DNA from: an uncultured Muribaculaceae bacterium
Lineage (GTDB): Bacteria > Bacteroidota > Bacteroidia > Bacteroidales > Muribaculaceae
Length of the DNA: 64,000 nt
Assembly (NCBI GenBank): GCA_948960475.1
Contig: CARDOI010000004.1
Coordinates: 5,012-69,011, forward strand
Direction: 5' to 3'
The notes under the pieces were generated by a model. It was not told the DNA's origin and ran no database searches. It saw nothing but the letters and a program-made list of their open reading frames with translations. How positions within the stretch are numbered: the stretch's first letter is position 1; each line of letters begins with the position of its first letter. Position numbers and translations under genes: made by a program. Below are positions 50,204 to 59,987 of the stretch, in pieces.

Positions 50204-51502
50204 TCAGGAGGGATTGCCGGCCATCGCCGTCAGACGCGGAGCCGACACCAGATAACGTTCAGCACACTCCATTATTTTTTGTGCTGTAAGTGCCGAAAGT
50301 TGTTCAAGCTGATACGCATAATAATCCGGCGGCAAGCCGAACATATCCATCATCTGATGATAATCCATAATCGAAAACGGCGAATCGAGCATTGCAGTCA
50401 GCCCGCTCATGATAGAACTCCTAACCACTTCAAACTCATCGGCTCCCATGGGATTTTCGGCCAACCGGGAAATCTCTCTCTCAATCTCCTCCATCACAGC
50501 CGAAGCATACCGATTATCCGTCTCACATGAAATGGCTACTGATGCGCCTTCGTGCAATGATGCAATAGAGGCATTTATGCCATAGGTATAACCTTTGTCC
50601 TCACGGATATTGCTCATAAGCCTGCTCCCGAAATATCCGCCAAGAGCGAATACTGAGAATCTCATCATCTCATAATCGCTGTGAGAGCGGTCTATTGACG
50701 GGAGAACAAGCCTTATCGCAGTCTGCATCGAGCTATCGTCAATCGTAGTCTCACAACGGCTGTTTTCATGCGTGCGGACGGGAACAATCCTGCGAACCAG
50801 CGGCGAGTCCGTCACCGAAAAATCAAGTTGCCCCACTATGCCCTTGACATTCTGCAACAACTTTTCATCCACAGCCCCGGCAAGATATACGGTCGGTTTG
50901 ACAGAAAGCATCAGTCGGCGGTGTATGGCACGAACATCTGCCTCATCGACATTCCGTATCAATCCAGGCGTAGTCACATGAGCCAACGGATGATTCTCCC
51001 CGTAGAACATGCGGCCGGATAGTTCCGAAGCCTGTTGTGCGACCTTACGTCTACGAATCTCACAAGCAGCAGCCTCTTTCTGACGCATACCCTCCATGGC
51101 AAGTGTGTCAAATGAAGGGGTCGATATTATTTCACCTAACAACGGCATCACTTTCCCTGCAGTGCTGTTAAGCGAATGCAAGGTCACCGATGTAAAATGC
51201 CTGCCGGAATCAACCTTGAACCAAGCCCCGTTAAACTCAAAAGTGTCGGCAATTTCAGCGCCGGAATGATGAGATGTTCCTTCCGCAAGCATGACACGCA
51301 ACAGTTTCAACGCCTCCGGGCTTTCCACATCAGCCAATCCTACCGGCCACACTATCATGATGCGGTTCACAGGCTGCTGACCATGATTCAGAACAACAAA
51401 CCGGGTGCCGTTTGCCAACACCTCACGTGACACAGCAGGAAGTGTCATGCTTTCCAATGCACGCACAGGGGGTGCAACGGTTCTATTCAATCCTCCCATC
51501 AT
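50204..51502 (-). CDS. M16 (pitrilysin) family peptidase-like protein, no HxxEH zinc motif seen
   Basis: The length and two-lobed M16 layout fit, but the N-terminal region lacks HxxEH, so this is probably the non-catalytic type. There is a 4-nt overlap with kdsB. Confidence 0.7.
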   Translation of the reverse strand: MMGGLNRTVAPPVRALESMTLPAVSREVLANGTRFVVLNHGQQPVNRIMIVWPVGLADVESPEALKLLRVMLAEGTSHHSGAEIADTFEFNGAWFKVDSGRHFTSVTLHSLNSTAGKVMPLLGEIISTPSFDTLAMEGMRQKEAAACEIRRRKVAQQASELSGRMFYGENHPLAHVTTPGLIRNVDEADVRAIHRRLMLSVKPTVYLAGAVDEKLLQNVKGIVGQLDFSVTDSPLVRRIVPVRTHENSRCETTIDDSSMQTAIRLVLPSIDRSHSDYEMMRFSVFALGGYFGSRLMSNIREDKGYTYGINASIASLHEGASVAISCETDNRYASAVMEEIEREISRLAENPMGADEFEVVRSSIMSGLTAMLDSPFSIMDYHQMMDMFGLPPDYYAYQLEQLSALTAQKIMECAERYLVSAPRLTAMAGNPS

Positions 51503-52263
51503 ACATTGCTTCTTCCCAACTCATCCAGGCACTCAATTGCCCTTGCCAGGTCGGCAGGGGTGTCAATCCCTATGGTAGGGCAATCCGATATGGCCACCCG
51601 GATGCCATAGCCGTTCTGAAGCCAGCGCAATTGTTCAAGCGACTCCGCAACCTCAAGCGATGATTGCGGAAGCAATGTTATCTCCTTAAGCACATCGGCA
51701 CGATAGGCATACATCCCTATGTGAGTGTAATACCGATGTCCCGACGGCCAGTTTTCTTTGTTGACGCCACGCATGTAAGGGATAACGGAACGGCTGAACA
51801 GCATTGCATTCATATCCTTGTCAAAAATCACTTTAGGGCTGTTAGGATTCTCCAATGCGTCATAACCGAGCGACACGTCGAACGGTCTTACCAGCGTTGC
51901 AATCCTTGTGTCACCGCTTTCAAAACAACTCTTTATCTGTTGCAGCTGGATGGGATTTATAAAAGGCTCATCACCCTGGATATTTATTACCACATCGGCT
52001 TTCGATCCGATATTGCCGTAAGCCTCGCAACAACGGTCGGTACCGCTCCTATGGCACTCCGATGTCATGACCACATTGCCGCCGAATGCCTTCACGGCAT
52101 CAGCAATGCGCACATCATCAGTTGCAACCCACACATCATCAAGCTCCATGGAGACACGTCGGTAGACCCGCTCTATCATAGTCATCCCGCCAAGCATCGC
52201 CAACGGCTTGCCCGGAAAGCGTGTCGACGCATAACGCGCTGGTATTATTCCTATAAATGTCAT
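51499..52263 (-). CDS. kdsB: 3-deoxy-manno-octulosonate cytidylyltransferase
   Basis: MTFIGIIPARYASTRFPGKPL...VINIQGDEPFI...IGMYAYR, canonical KdsB. Confidence 0.93.
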   Translation of the reverse strand: MTFIGIIPARYASTRFPGKPLAMLGGMTMIERVYRRVSMELDDVWVATDDVRIADAVKAFGGNVVMTSECHRSGTDRCCEAYGNIGSKADVVINIQGDEPFINPIQLQQIKSCFESGDTRIATLVRPFDVSLGYDALENPNSPKVIFDKDMNAMLFSRSVIPYMRGVNKENWPSGHRYYTHIGMYAYRADVLKEITLLPQSSLEVAESLEQLRWLQNGYGIRVAISDCPTIGIDTPADLARAIECLDELGRSNV

Positions 52264-52296
52264 AGCAAAATTTTTAAAAGGGTACTTAATCCGCCA

Positions 52297-52935
52297 TCAC
52301 ACGCCGGAGGCATCACCGAACCGCGCATGTTCCAATTCCTCGACGACCATTGCAGTGGCCAGTTTCGGATTTTCGGCATCGGCGATTGATGCCGACATAG
52401 CCACACCGGCGCATCCCGCCCCGATAAGCGCGGGGAGAACATCAAGCGCAAATTCGCCCGAAGCCACCACATGGAAATCAACGCCACCCTCCCTAAGCGA
52501 CTTTATCATCTGTCTGTACTTTTCAGGCAACGTTTGCGCATCATTCCCTATATGCGCCTCCGGCACACACACATAATCCACATCAAGGCCACGCAAGGCA
52601 AGGATTTCCTCCGGTGTCTCGGCATACACCCCTATAACAGCATGGGCGCCCAGGCGTTCACGGGCTTCCAGCACCGTAGAGCGGCAGTTATCCCGCAGGA
52701 ATACCCCGTGCACCTTAAGATCGTCGACCAAATCGACATCATCCTCGATTACCAGGAACGCATCATTCTCACGGCATACAGGCATAACCGACTCTGCGAC
52801 AGCCTTCAGATTACATTCGTTGTCATCGGCGGCATCAACTGAAATCTGTATCCAACGGCACCCTCCCTCCAAAACCATTTGCGTCTCTTCTGCCGGAGGG
52901 AACTTCTCCTTCCCCTTAATCACAAACTGCAACAT
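52297..52935 (-). CDS. Thiamine phosphate synthase (ThiE)-like TIM-barrel protein
   Basis: 212 aa. The IQISVDAADD... / AGVAMSASI pattern resembles the ThiE/TenI family. The assignment is tentative. Confidence 0.5.
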   Translation of the reverse strand: MLQFVIKGKEKFPPAEETQMVLEGGCRWIQISVDAADDNECNLKAVAESVMPVCRENDAFLVIEDDVDLVDDLKVHGVFLRDNCRSTVLEARERLGAHAVIGVYAETPEEILALRGLDVDYVCVPEAHIGNDAQTLPEKYRQMIKSLREGGVDFHVVASGEFALDVLPALIGAGCAGVAMSASIADAENPKLATAMVVEELEHARFGDASGV

Positions 52936-53069
52936 ATCATTATTCCCTGTTTATTGTCCTGTTATATTGATTCAACCATGAAACATCATAGCCAACACAA
53001 AGGTAACAATTAATCCCGATGATTCGCTCATTTCCCGCCAAGGAACATGAAATTCAAACAGACTCTAAG

Positions 53070-53984
53070 TCAGAATGACTTCATGATATCATCATGGAGA
53101 ATGCGTGTGAACTTGTGTGCGCCCACATCGTTGTTGAGATGCACCACATCAAAGAAATCCCCGTCATTGAACCGTGCATCCTTGAAATAATCAAGGAACC
53201 GAAAACCATAGCGGCTCTTAAGCGTACCAATCAGTTCATACATCTTAGCCAATTGCCCGGGGTCAATCCGGGTATAATATGACTCATGCGCAGGGAACAT
53301 ACACACTATAACCTCTACACCGGCTCTACGGCACAGTTCAAGCACGCCCGCGAAATAGTTGTAATTTCCCGGAACATTTTCCCAGTCTGAAATCGTATGG
53401 CTCTGAATTATCAAATCTTTAGATGATTTCCATTCAGTTGACCTTACCGACAAATTCCTGTAATCGGCATGCCCCAGACTGTCGCAATTCTCCAAGGGCT
53501 GTTCCGCCCAAGGGACTACCTTTTGCCTGAATATAGACGGACATGATATTTCAAAACCATAGCGCGACAGCTTCGGATGCCTTCCAACATCAAGATGAAC
53601 CTCATATGGAATCCACTTCGCCCAATGTTCGGTATCCTCAAAAAACGAGTCAAAAAACGTGAAATAGGCCACTTCAAGGATTACACGTTCAAGATTCGGC
53701 ATATCCTTCATCCGCCTCTTCAGCAGATAATATACCATATCTATAGTCTGCCCGTTAAATGCCAGATTATAGGCTTTGCCGCCGTCCCATACGTTAGGCG
53801 CAACACCCCAATACGTCAGAGACGAACCTATGAACAACGTTTCGATGTCTCCGCCATTCACGGCAACATAATCTGCCTTCCCGGAATAAACATCGGGCTG
53901 TCGCCGCGCATAATATTCACATGCACCCAGCCCCACCAGCATCAGGAAAGAGAATATGACTATGTTACGTATGAATCGTGCCAT
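53070..53984 (-). CDS. Hypothetical membrane-anchored protein, probable partner of the MBOAT acyltransferase
   Basis: N-terminal TM helix. It starts 4 nt after the MBOAT stop, which resembles the DltD/AlgJ-like partner arrangement. No motif-level assignment. Confidence 0.45.
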   Translation of the reverse strand: MARFIRNIVIFSFLMLVGLGACEYYARRQPDVYSGKADYVAVNGGDIETLFIGSSLTYWGVAPNVWDGGKAYNLAFNGQTIDMVYYLLKRRMKDMPNLERVILEVAYFTFFDSFFEDTEHWAKWIPYEVHLDVGRHPKLSRYGFEISCPSIFRQKVVPWAEQPLENCDSLGHADYRNLSVRSTEWKSSKDLIIQSHTISDWENVPGNYNYFAGVLELCRRAGVEVIVCMFPAHESYYTRIDPGQLAKMYELIGTLKSRYGFRFLDYFKDARFNDGDFFDVVHLNNDVGAHKFTRILHDDIMKSF

Positions 53985-53987
53985 CCG

Positions 53988-55457
53988 TCAGAACTGGAAA
54001 TAAATAAACGAACATGGCTCGCCTCCCAACAAAAACGTGGCCATGGCAAGCCCCCAAAACACAACCCATCTCACAATTTTCATCCTCATCAAACCAGCCG
54101 ACGGAAAATCCAAGGCATACCGCCGGTTCCGGGCAGCAAATTCAACAGCCATAAAAAACAATATATAACACAGCACAGGCCAGGTCTGGGAATAAGCGAA
54201 TCCACTTGTGACGGAAAAATCAAACATATCTTTGAGATACATCACTGCATTCTGCACACCTCCGCTACGAAACACAACCCATCCCACCATAACAGCGAGG
54301 AAAGTCGAAATCACACTCAAAGCAACGCCGACCTTACGGATGGCAACGCATTTACCCCACCACCACATTTTTTGAATAGGCTTTGCCATCCGATTGGAAT
54401 TTAAAAGCATTACAGCCAATAAAAATCCTACAATCAACAATCCGTTATAGAGTCCCCAACCGATATAAGTCCATCTCGCGCCATGCCACAAGCCGGAAAT
54501 TGCGAACACAACCAATATGTTGAACAGCATTCTTTTAACCCCCTTGCGATTACCTCCCAAAGGGATATAGACATAATCCCGTAACCATAAATTCAAAGAT
54601 ATATGCCACCTTTGCCAGAATTCCTTGATATTTCTCGAAAAATAAGGGAATCGGAAATTCTCCATCAAATCTATTCCGAGCAATTTGCCACAGCCGATTG
54701 CAATGTCGGAATATCCTGAAAAATCACCATAAATCTGAAACGTGAAGAAAAAAGCACCCGTCAATAAGTTGAAGCCATCCATTTCTGTCTGGCGCGCGAA
54801 TATATAGTCAACAGCAAGTGCGCAGTTATCGGCTATAACCATTTTCTTGAATATTCCCCACAGAACACGTTTCATCCCCTCCACACCCTTGACATAATCG
54901 AATCGACGCATCCGCTGGAACTGGGGCAGCAATGTATCAGCCCGCTCGATGGGCCCGGCAACAAGCTGCGGAAAGAATCCAAGAAACGCAAAAAATGAAA
55001 TGGCATCTTTTGTTGGAGCGATTTTATTACGGTACACGTCAACAGTGTAGCTCAATGCCTGAAATGTATAGAAACTTATGCCAACCGGCAGCACCAAATT
55101 CAGCGTAACCCAGTCCAGCGGCATCCCGAATGCGGTAAACACCCTGTTGAAATTGTCAACAAAAAAATCAAAATATTTGTATAACCCCAGCACACCCAGG
55201 TTGACCGCCACAGTTGCCCAAAGCACACCTTTGCGAAACCTCTCATTTCCTGACGAACCTATCAAAATGCCACTGAAAAAGCTCCACAGAGTATAACCGG
55301 CAATAAGGCCAAGATACCTCCAGTCGGCCCATCCGTAAAACATGTAGCTTGCCATCACCACAAAAAGATTCTGCCACCACACCCAGCGCCTAAGCAACCA
55401 ATAGGCACAGAATACGGAAGGAAGAAACAACAGAAATTCAACAGAAATGAACTGCAT
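53988..55457 (-). CDS. MBOAT family O-acyltransferase (AlgI/DltB-like)
   Basis: ORF 53988..55472. The likely start is 55457 (MQFISVEFLLFLP). It is a multi-TM protein with FWQRWHISLNLWLRDYVYIPLGGNR, which carries the conserved MBOAT His. Confidence 0.9.
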   Translation of the reverse strand: MQFISVEFLLFLPSVFCAYWLLRRWVWWQNLFVVMASYMFYGWADWRYLGLIAGYTLWSFFSGILIGSSGNERFRKGVLWATVAVNLGVLGLYKYFDFFVDNFNRVFTAFGMPLDWVTLNLVLPVGISFYTFQALSYTVDVYRNKIAPTKDAISFFAFLGFFPQLVAGPIERADTLLPQFQRMRRFDYVKGVEGMKRVLWGIFKKMVIADNCALAVDYIFARQTEMDGFNLLTGAFFFTFQIYGDFSGYSDIAIGCGKLLGIDLMENFRFPYFSRNIKEFWQRWHISLNLWLRDYVYIPLGGNRKGVKRMLFNILVVFAISGLWHGARWTYIGWGLYNGLLIVGFLLAVMLLNSNRMAKPIQKMWWWGKCVAIRKVGVALSVISTFLAVMVGWVVFRSGGVQNAVMYLKDMFDFSVTSGFAYSQTWPVLCYILFFMAVEFAARNRRYALDFPSAGLMRMKIVRWVVFWGLAMATFLLGGEPCSFIYFQF

Positions 55458-55670
55458 ACGCTCCAAAGGCAACAGATAGGAGCCATCTTGACTTCATTAC
55501 AAACAGGTTGTCAATTATGGCAATGCAAAGATAACGAAATCCTGTCACACAACCATCCATTTTCCGCCTCGCCATCCAATTTCACCAAACAATCACTCCG
55601 CTGGAACCATTCATGCAATAAAGCAAAAAACTTTTTTGTACTAATAATTGTTTATTCAAGTGAAATGAAC

Positions 55671-55678
55671 TAATTTTG
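55671..55678 (+). promoter_or_regulatory. Candidate -7 box (TAATTTTG) for rho, implying a leader of about 355 nt
   Basis: Exact TAnnTTTG match with T-rich/TTG elements 20-35 nt upstream. There is no convincing ORF between it and the rho ATG. Confidence 0.35.
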
Positions 55679-56039
55679 CATCGTGTTCAACTGCGTCGGT
55701 CTTTTTCATTCGACGTATTTCTCTTTCTATTCAAATTTTAATCTCAATTTCAAGAGCCGGGGTTTTATACCAGCCAGTTCACACAATCCACTCTATGCCC
55801 AATGGCAGTTTGATTTAGGGATTAAAGTTTTCACAGACACTCTCCATCAACTCCGTCCGGTCTATGCCGGAAATCTCCCCAAACAGCACTTCTAACGTAA
55901 CCATCAAGATAAAAGCAATAGCGGTTCCCCCCACTACGCAACTTTTGTGCGCCATGCCATATGCAATAGCAGTCACAGGTTCAACAACATTTAGCCCCGG
56001 AACCGACGCAATTACCATAATTCCCCGAAAATATTAAGT

Positions 56040-58253
56040 ATGTATAACATCTCGGAATTACAATCCATGCCCGACGACAAACTGAAAACAGTTGCCGAAG
56101 GGATGGGACTGAAAAAAGTAAATCCCGCACAACGTGAGGAACTAATCTACCGCATACTCGACCAACAGGCTATCAACTTGTCGGCCAATGCTCCTGAAGA
56201 AGCTCCACGCCGCCGTGGCCGTAAGCCCAAAAGCCAATCGGCACAGACGACACCAAACGCCACAGAAAAGCCTGCACAAGGCAACGAAATACAGGATGAA
56301 CCGGCAACACAGCCTTCCAACCAAGTGCAACCGTCCAAAAAAAGAGGGCGCAAACCAATGAACAAACAGGTTGAGACTGCCGAAACAGCCGTTGAGATTC
56401 CCGCAGATATGCCGTCGGATGTTGCCACAGCATCGTCAGACAACGAATCTGCCGCAGAGCCAAAACGCCGTGGACGCAAACCCAAGAACCGACAGGCTGC
56501 GTCAGCGATTGCATCCAACACATCAACCGACGTCATGGTGCCGCCTACAAACCAAGAGCCTGACACCGATGAGAAATCCGGGGCAAACATTCCGGCTACA
56601 GAAGCAGAAACACCCAACGGAATCAATCGCAACAATATGTTGCCGGCCATAACAGAATCTGCCGAAAACGAAGGTTCAGTATCCGCGGATTCCGTTTCCA
56701 AAGAGACATCGGAAGCACTTACGGTGGTAAATGCCACAACCCAGCAAAAGGGAAACAATCCGCAAACCTTTATCCACCGCAACCCGAATAACGGCACTGC
56801 CAACGACCAACAATCGGCGGCCGGCACCTACAACGGAGATTTCACAGAAAACAATCCGCAACAGCAAAACCGCCGCCCAAACAATCCACGGGTATTCGGG
56901 CGTAAAGTGGATGAATCATTCGGTGCTTTCTTCCCCCACGCATCCGGCAAAAGTTTCACCCCACGCTCGCAACGCGAACGCGAAGAGGCCGCTGTCGCAG
57001 CAGCTTCCGCTCCTATAATAATCCGCGAACCCCAAGCAGACAAAGTTCAGCAGGAACCCAAGGGGAAGAAAGCCAAGAAGAAAGACCGCCAGCAAATGCA
57101 GAAGCAACAGGCACCGGCCATGCCTGCATATAATTTCAACGGATTCCTGCAGACTGAAGGCGTGCTGGAGATAATGCCTGAAGGATATGGTTTCCTGCGG
57201 TCAAGCGACTTCAATTACCTGGCATCCCCCGACGACATTTACGTAACACCGGCTCAAATCAAGGCCAACGGTCTGAAACCTGGCGACGTGGTGGAATGCA
57301 CTATAAACCCGCCCCGTGAAGGAGAAAAATATTTCCCCATGGACAAGGCACTTACCATCAATGGACGTCAGCCGGAGTTTATTCGCGACCGCGTGCCGTT
57401 CGAACACCTCACCCCCCTCTTCCCGGATGAGAAGTTCAACCTGACCGGCGGTCGGAGCAACAACCTGTCCACCCGTGTGGTTGACATGTTCTCACCCATC
57501 GGAAAAGGCCAGCGCGCCCTCATCGTGGCTCCCCCGAAAACAGGTAAGACGATTCTTCTTAAAGACATAGCCAACGCCATAGCCGAAAACCACCCGGAGG
57601 TCTACATCATGATTCTGCTCATCGATGAGCGCCCCGAAGAGGTAACCGACATGAGCCGGAGCGTCAACGCCGAAGTCATTGCATCCACATTCGATGAGCC
57701 GGCCGACCGCCACGTGAAAATCGCAGGCATCGTCCTTGAAAAAGCGAAACGCATGGTTGAATGCGGACACGATGTCGTTATTCTGCTCGATTCCATCACC
57801 CGTCTTGCACGTGCATATAACACAGCCCAACCCGCATCAGGCAAAATCCTGTCGGGAGGTGTGGACGCAAATGCCCTCCAAAAGCCCAAACGTTTCTTCG
57901 GGGCGGCACGCAACATTGAAGGCGGCGGGTCACTTACAATCATCGCGACCGCCCTCACCGAAACCTCCTCAAAGATGGATGAAGTCATCTTCGAGGAATT
58001 CAAGGGCACGGGCAATATGGAACTCCAACTCGACCGCAAGCTTTCCAACAAACGAATCTTCCCGGCAGTCGACATCATGGCATCTTCTACCCGCCGCGAT
58101 GACCTGTTGCTTCGAGAGGAAACACTCAACCGCATGTGGATTCTGCGTCGGTTCCTCTCGGACCGCACATCCATCGAAGCAATGGAATTCATTAAAGACC
58201 GCATGGAACGTACTCCCGACAACGACGAACTGCTCCGCACAATGGGCGACTAA
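56040..58253 (+). CDS. rho: Transcription termination factor Rho with a large N-terminal disordered insertion
   Basis: Rho_N ([25 protein letters not shown]), then about 330 aa of low complexity, then the CSD-like RNA-binding domain ([14 protein letters not shown]) and the ATPase ([18 protein letters not shown]). Confidence 0.95.
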   Translation: MYNISELQSMPDDKLKTVAEGMGLKKVNPAQREELIYRILDQQAINLSANAPEEAPRRRGRKPKSQSAQTTPNATEKPAQGNEIQDEPATQPSNQVQPSKKRGRKPMNKQVETAETAVEIPADMPSDVATASSDNESAAEPKRRGRKPKNRQAASAIASNTSTDVMVPPTNQEPDTDEKSGANIPATEAETPNGINRNNMLPAITESAENEGSVSADSVSKETSEALTVVNATTQQKGNNPQTFIHRNPNNGTANDQQSAAGTYNGDFTENNPQQQNRRPNNPRVFGRKVDESFGAFFPHASGKSFTPRSQREREEAAVAAASAPIIIREPQADKVQQEPKGKKAKKKDRQQMQKQQAPAMPAYNFNGFLQTEGVLEIMPEGYGFLRSSDFNYLASPDDIYVTPAQIKANGLKPGDVVECTINPPREGEKYFPMDKALTINGRQPEFIRDRVPFEHLTPLFPDEKFNLTGGRSNNLSTRVVDMFSPIGKGQRALIVAPPKTGKTILLKDIANAIAENHPEVYIMILLIDERPEEVTDMSRSVNAEVIASTFDEPADRHVKIAGIVLEKAKRMVECGHDVVILLDSITRLARAYNTAQPASGKILSGGVDANALQKPKRFFGAARNIEGGGSLTIIATALTETSSKMDEVIFEEFKGTGNMELQLDRKLSNKRIFPAVDIMASSTRRDDLLLREETLNRMWILRRFLSDRTSIEAMEFIKDRMERTPDNDELLRTMGD

Positions 58254-58277
58254 ACACTATAAAAGTAATTCTAACGC

Positions 58278-58323
58278 AAATCAATGGCGGTGTATCAAAA
58301 TTTTGATACACCGCCATTGATTT
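58278..58323 (+). terminator. 46-nt perfect palindrome immediately downstream of rho
   Basis: aaatcaatggcggtgtatcaaaa|ttttgatacaccgccattgattt. The arms are 23 nt with no mismatch. Confidence 0.65.
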
Positions 58324-58400
58324 TGCCCGGATGGCGAGGGTGCAGTTAACAATGGCACACCTTCTTTGAACCAACATATCTGCCGGGATGTTTTATTTCC

Positions 58401-58892
58401 GTGAAAGATAAGGAATTTAACATAAGGATTGCAAAAATCAGGGAACTGACGGCCACCAACAATATAAGCCGTTGGGAAATGTTACGCTACTGCCATGACG
58501 GCATTGCAGTGAGTCTAAAATCACGGTTCATCCCTAACCCCGACAAAAAACAGATTTCACTTGTCATAGGCACATGCTACACCTCTCTGCGCAATATGCT
58601 TCGCCGCCACATATTGTGCTACAACATTGAAGTGGTTTTCGACATCGACCCATATCCCGATGATTGCGATGATGCGTCCGACCGCATCAAGCCACCGGCT
58701 GCACTGCTTTCAATTATGTACGGCTCCGCAATAGGCGCCTTGCGCGGTATGCTTGCCCTGCGGCTTTCAAATACATTCCTTCGTGACTACCCTCTTCCGC
58801 TTATAAACATATCGACACTCGTGAGCGAACAACTCTACGGCACCCCGGTTTCTGAAAAGAGCATCCCACTCACCGGTTTCATCTATAACTAA
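58401..58892 (+). CDS. Hypothetical protein (163 aa, GTG start in ORF track)
   Basis: ORF immediately upstream of the DUF3108 pair. No recognisable family, and the start is uncertain. Confidence 0.4.
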   Translation: MKDKEFNIRIAKIRELTATNNISRWEMLRYCHDGIAVSLKSRFIPNPDKKQISLVIGTCYTSLRNMLRRHILCYNIEVVFDIDPYPDDCDDASDRIKPPAALLSIMYGSAIGALRGMLALRLSNTFLRDYPLPLINISTLVSEQLYGTPVSEKSIPLTGFIYN

Positions 58893-58912
58893 TCCAGTAA
58901 AGGGACATTATA

Positions 58913-59701
58913 ATGAAAGCGAAAATTCTTCTCATAGCCTCCGTGGCCGCGCTCTTCCCTTTAGTGCTCTCGGCATGGGCCATCCCAAACGAGGTTCTTC
59001 ATTACAGTGTACGTTTCAAATGGGGACTGATTGATGCCAATGTCGGTATAGCCAGGATATCCACTTACAATATTCCGGGCGAACAACGTTTCATCGCAAC
59101 CCTATCGGGGAAATCGGTCGACCTCCTTGGCCATTATTACGAGGCAAGCGACACAGTTATCGGGTCCATCATGTCGGGCCAGCTTGCTACAGACAACACT
59201 GAACGTATATATAAGGAAAACGGCCAATTCGCCATCGAAACCATAACATACAATGCACAAGGCCCTTCCAAAGAGGGGAAAGTGGTGGAACATCTCCCTG
59301 ACGGGCAGGTGATACGTTCACGGACCAGCAACTATGGCTCTGGCCTGACAATTGATTTGCTTAGTGTATTCTACTATATGCGCCAAATCAATTATGCCGA
59401 TTATAGCCCGGGGCAGACATTCCGCATAAATCTTTCAAATGGCGTAGAGATTGAGAACCTCAACATCACATATGCTGGTAAAGAAAGCGTGGAATCCTGC
59501 GGAAATCCTACTGAAAGCTTTCACATTACACTGACATTCTCATCAGCCGCCACATCGAAAATCGACAGCATGGATGTGTGGATTGCCAACGACGATGCCC
59601 GCACACCCTTGATTGTGAACGGCAGCCTTTCTGTCGGGCATATGGAATGCAGGGTCCTCAACGCCGAAGCCATTACAAACATTCCCACATACAACGATTA
59701 A
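58913..59701 (+). CDS. DUF3108 domain-containing protein (paralog 1)
   Basis: Signal peptide present. E.L.Y.V.FKWGLI..., LLSVFYYMRQ, HITLTF and MDVWIANDDARTPL blocks match the DUF3108 pattern. Confidence 0.7.
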   Translation: MKAKILLIASVAALFPLVLSAWAIPNEVLHYSVRFKWGLIDANVGIARISTYNIPGEQRFIATLSGKSVDLLGHYYEASDTVIGSIMSGQLATDNTERIYKENGQFAIETITYNAQGPSKEGKVVEHLPDGQVIRSRTSNYGSGLTIDLLSVFYYMRQINYADYSPGQTFRINLSNGVEIENLNITYAGKESVESCGNPTESFHITLTFSSAATSKIDSMDVWIANDDARTPLIVNGSLSVGHMECRVLNAEAITNIPTYND

Positions 59702-59785
59702 TCCTGAATATTTCCTGTAAGTACTTTGAAGAAAAAGCCAAGATGACTTCCTGTTCTAAACCTTATCGGGATACTCATGTCTAAT

Positions 59786-59975
59786 AGAGTGTTTGAATTT
59801 AACTCAAATATATATTGAGAGGATTTTCGGAGGGATTTCCGCGAGTTGCGGAGGGAGCGATGCGGGCATCGTGACCGACAAAACCCGGCGGAAAGCACCC
59901 GAAAAGACCTCAAGATATATTTTAAACAATTCATTACCACTCATTTAATATCAATGTGTTAAATTCAAACACTCT
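59786..59975. repeat. 190-bp intergenic element bounded by perfect 18-bp inverted repeats
   Basis: AGAGTGTTTGAATTTAAC (59786..59803) and its exact reverse complement GTTAAATTCAAACACTCT (59958..59975). The GC-rich core contains the duplicated motif cggaggga and small hairpins. Confidence 0.6.
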
Positions 59976-59987
59976 CGAATAGACATT

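Noticed and set aside
59698-59940. 80-aa minus-strand ORF inside the spacer between the DUF3108 paralogs.
   Set aside because: The product is Arg/Ser-rich and biased, and it spans the IR-flanked element. A non-coding repeat or RNA element is the more likely explanation.
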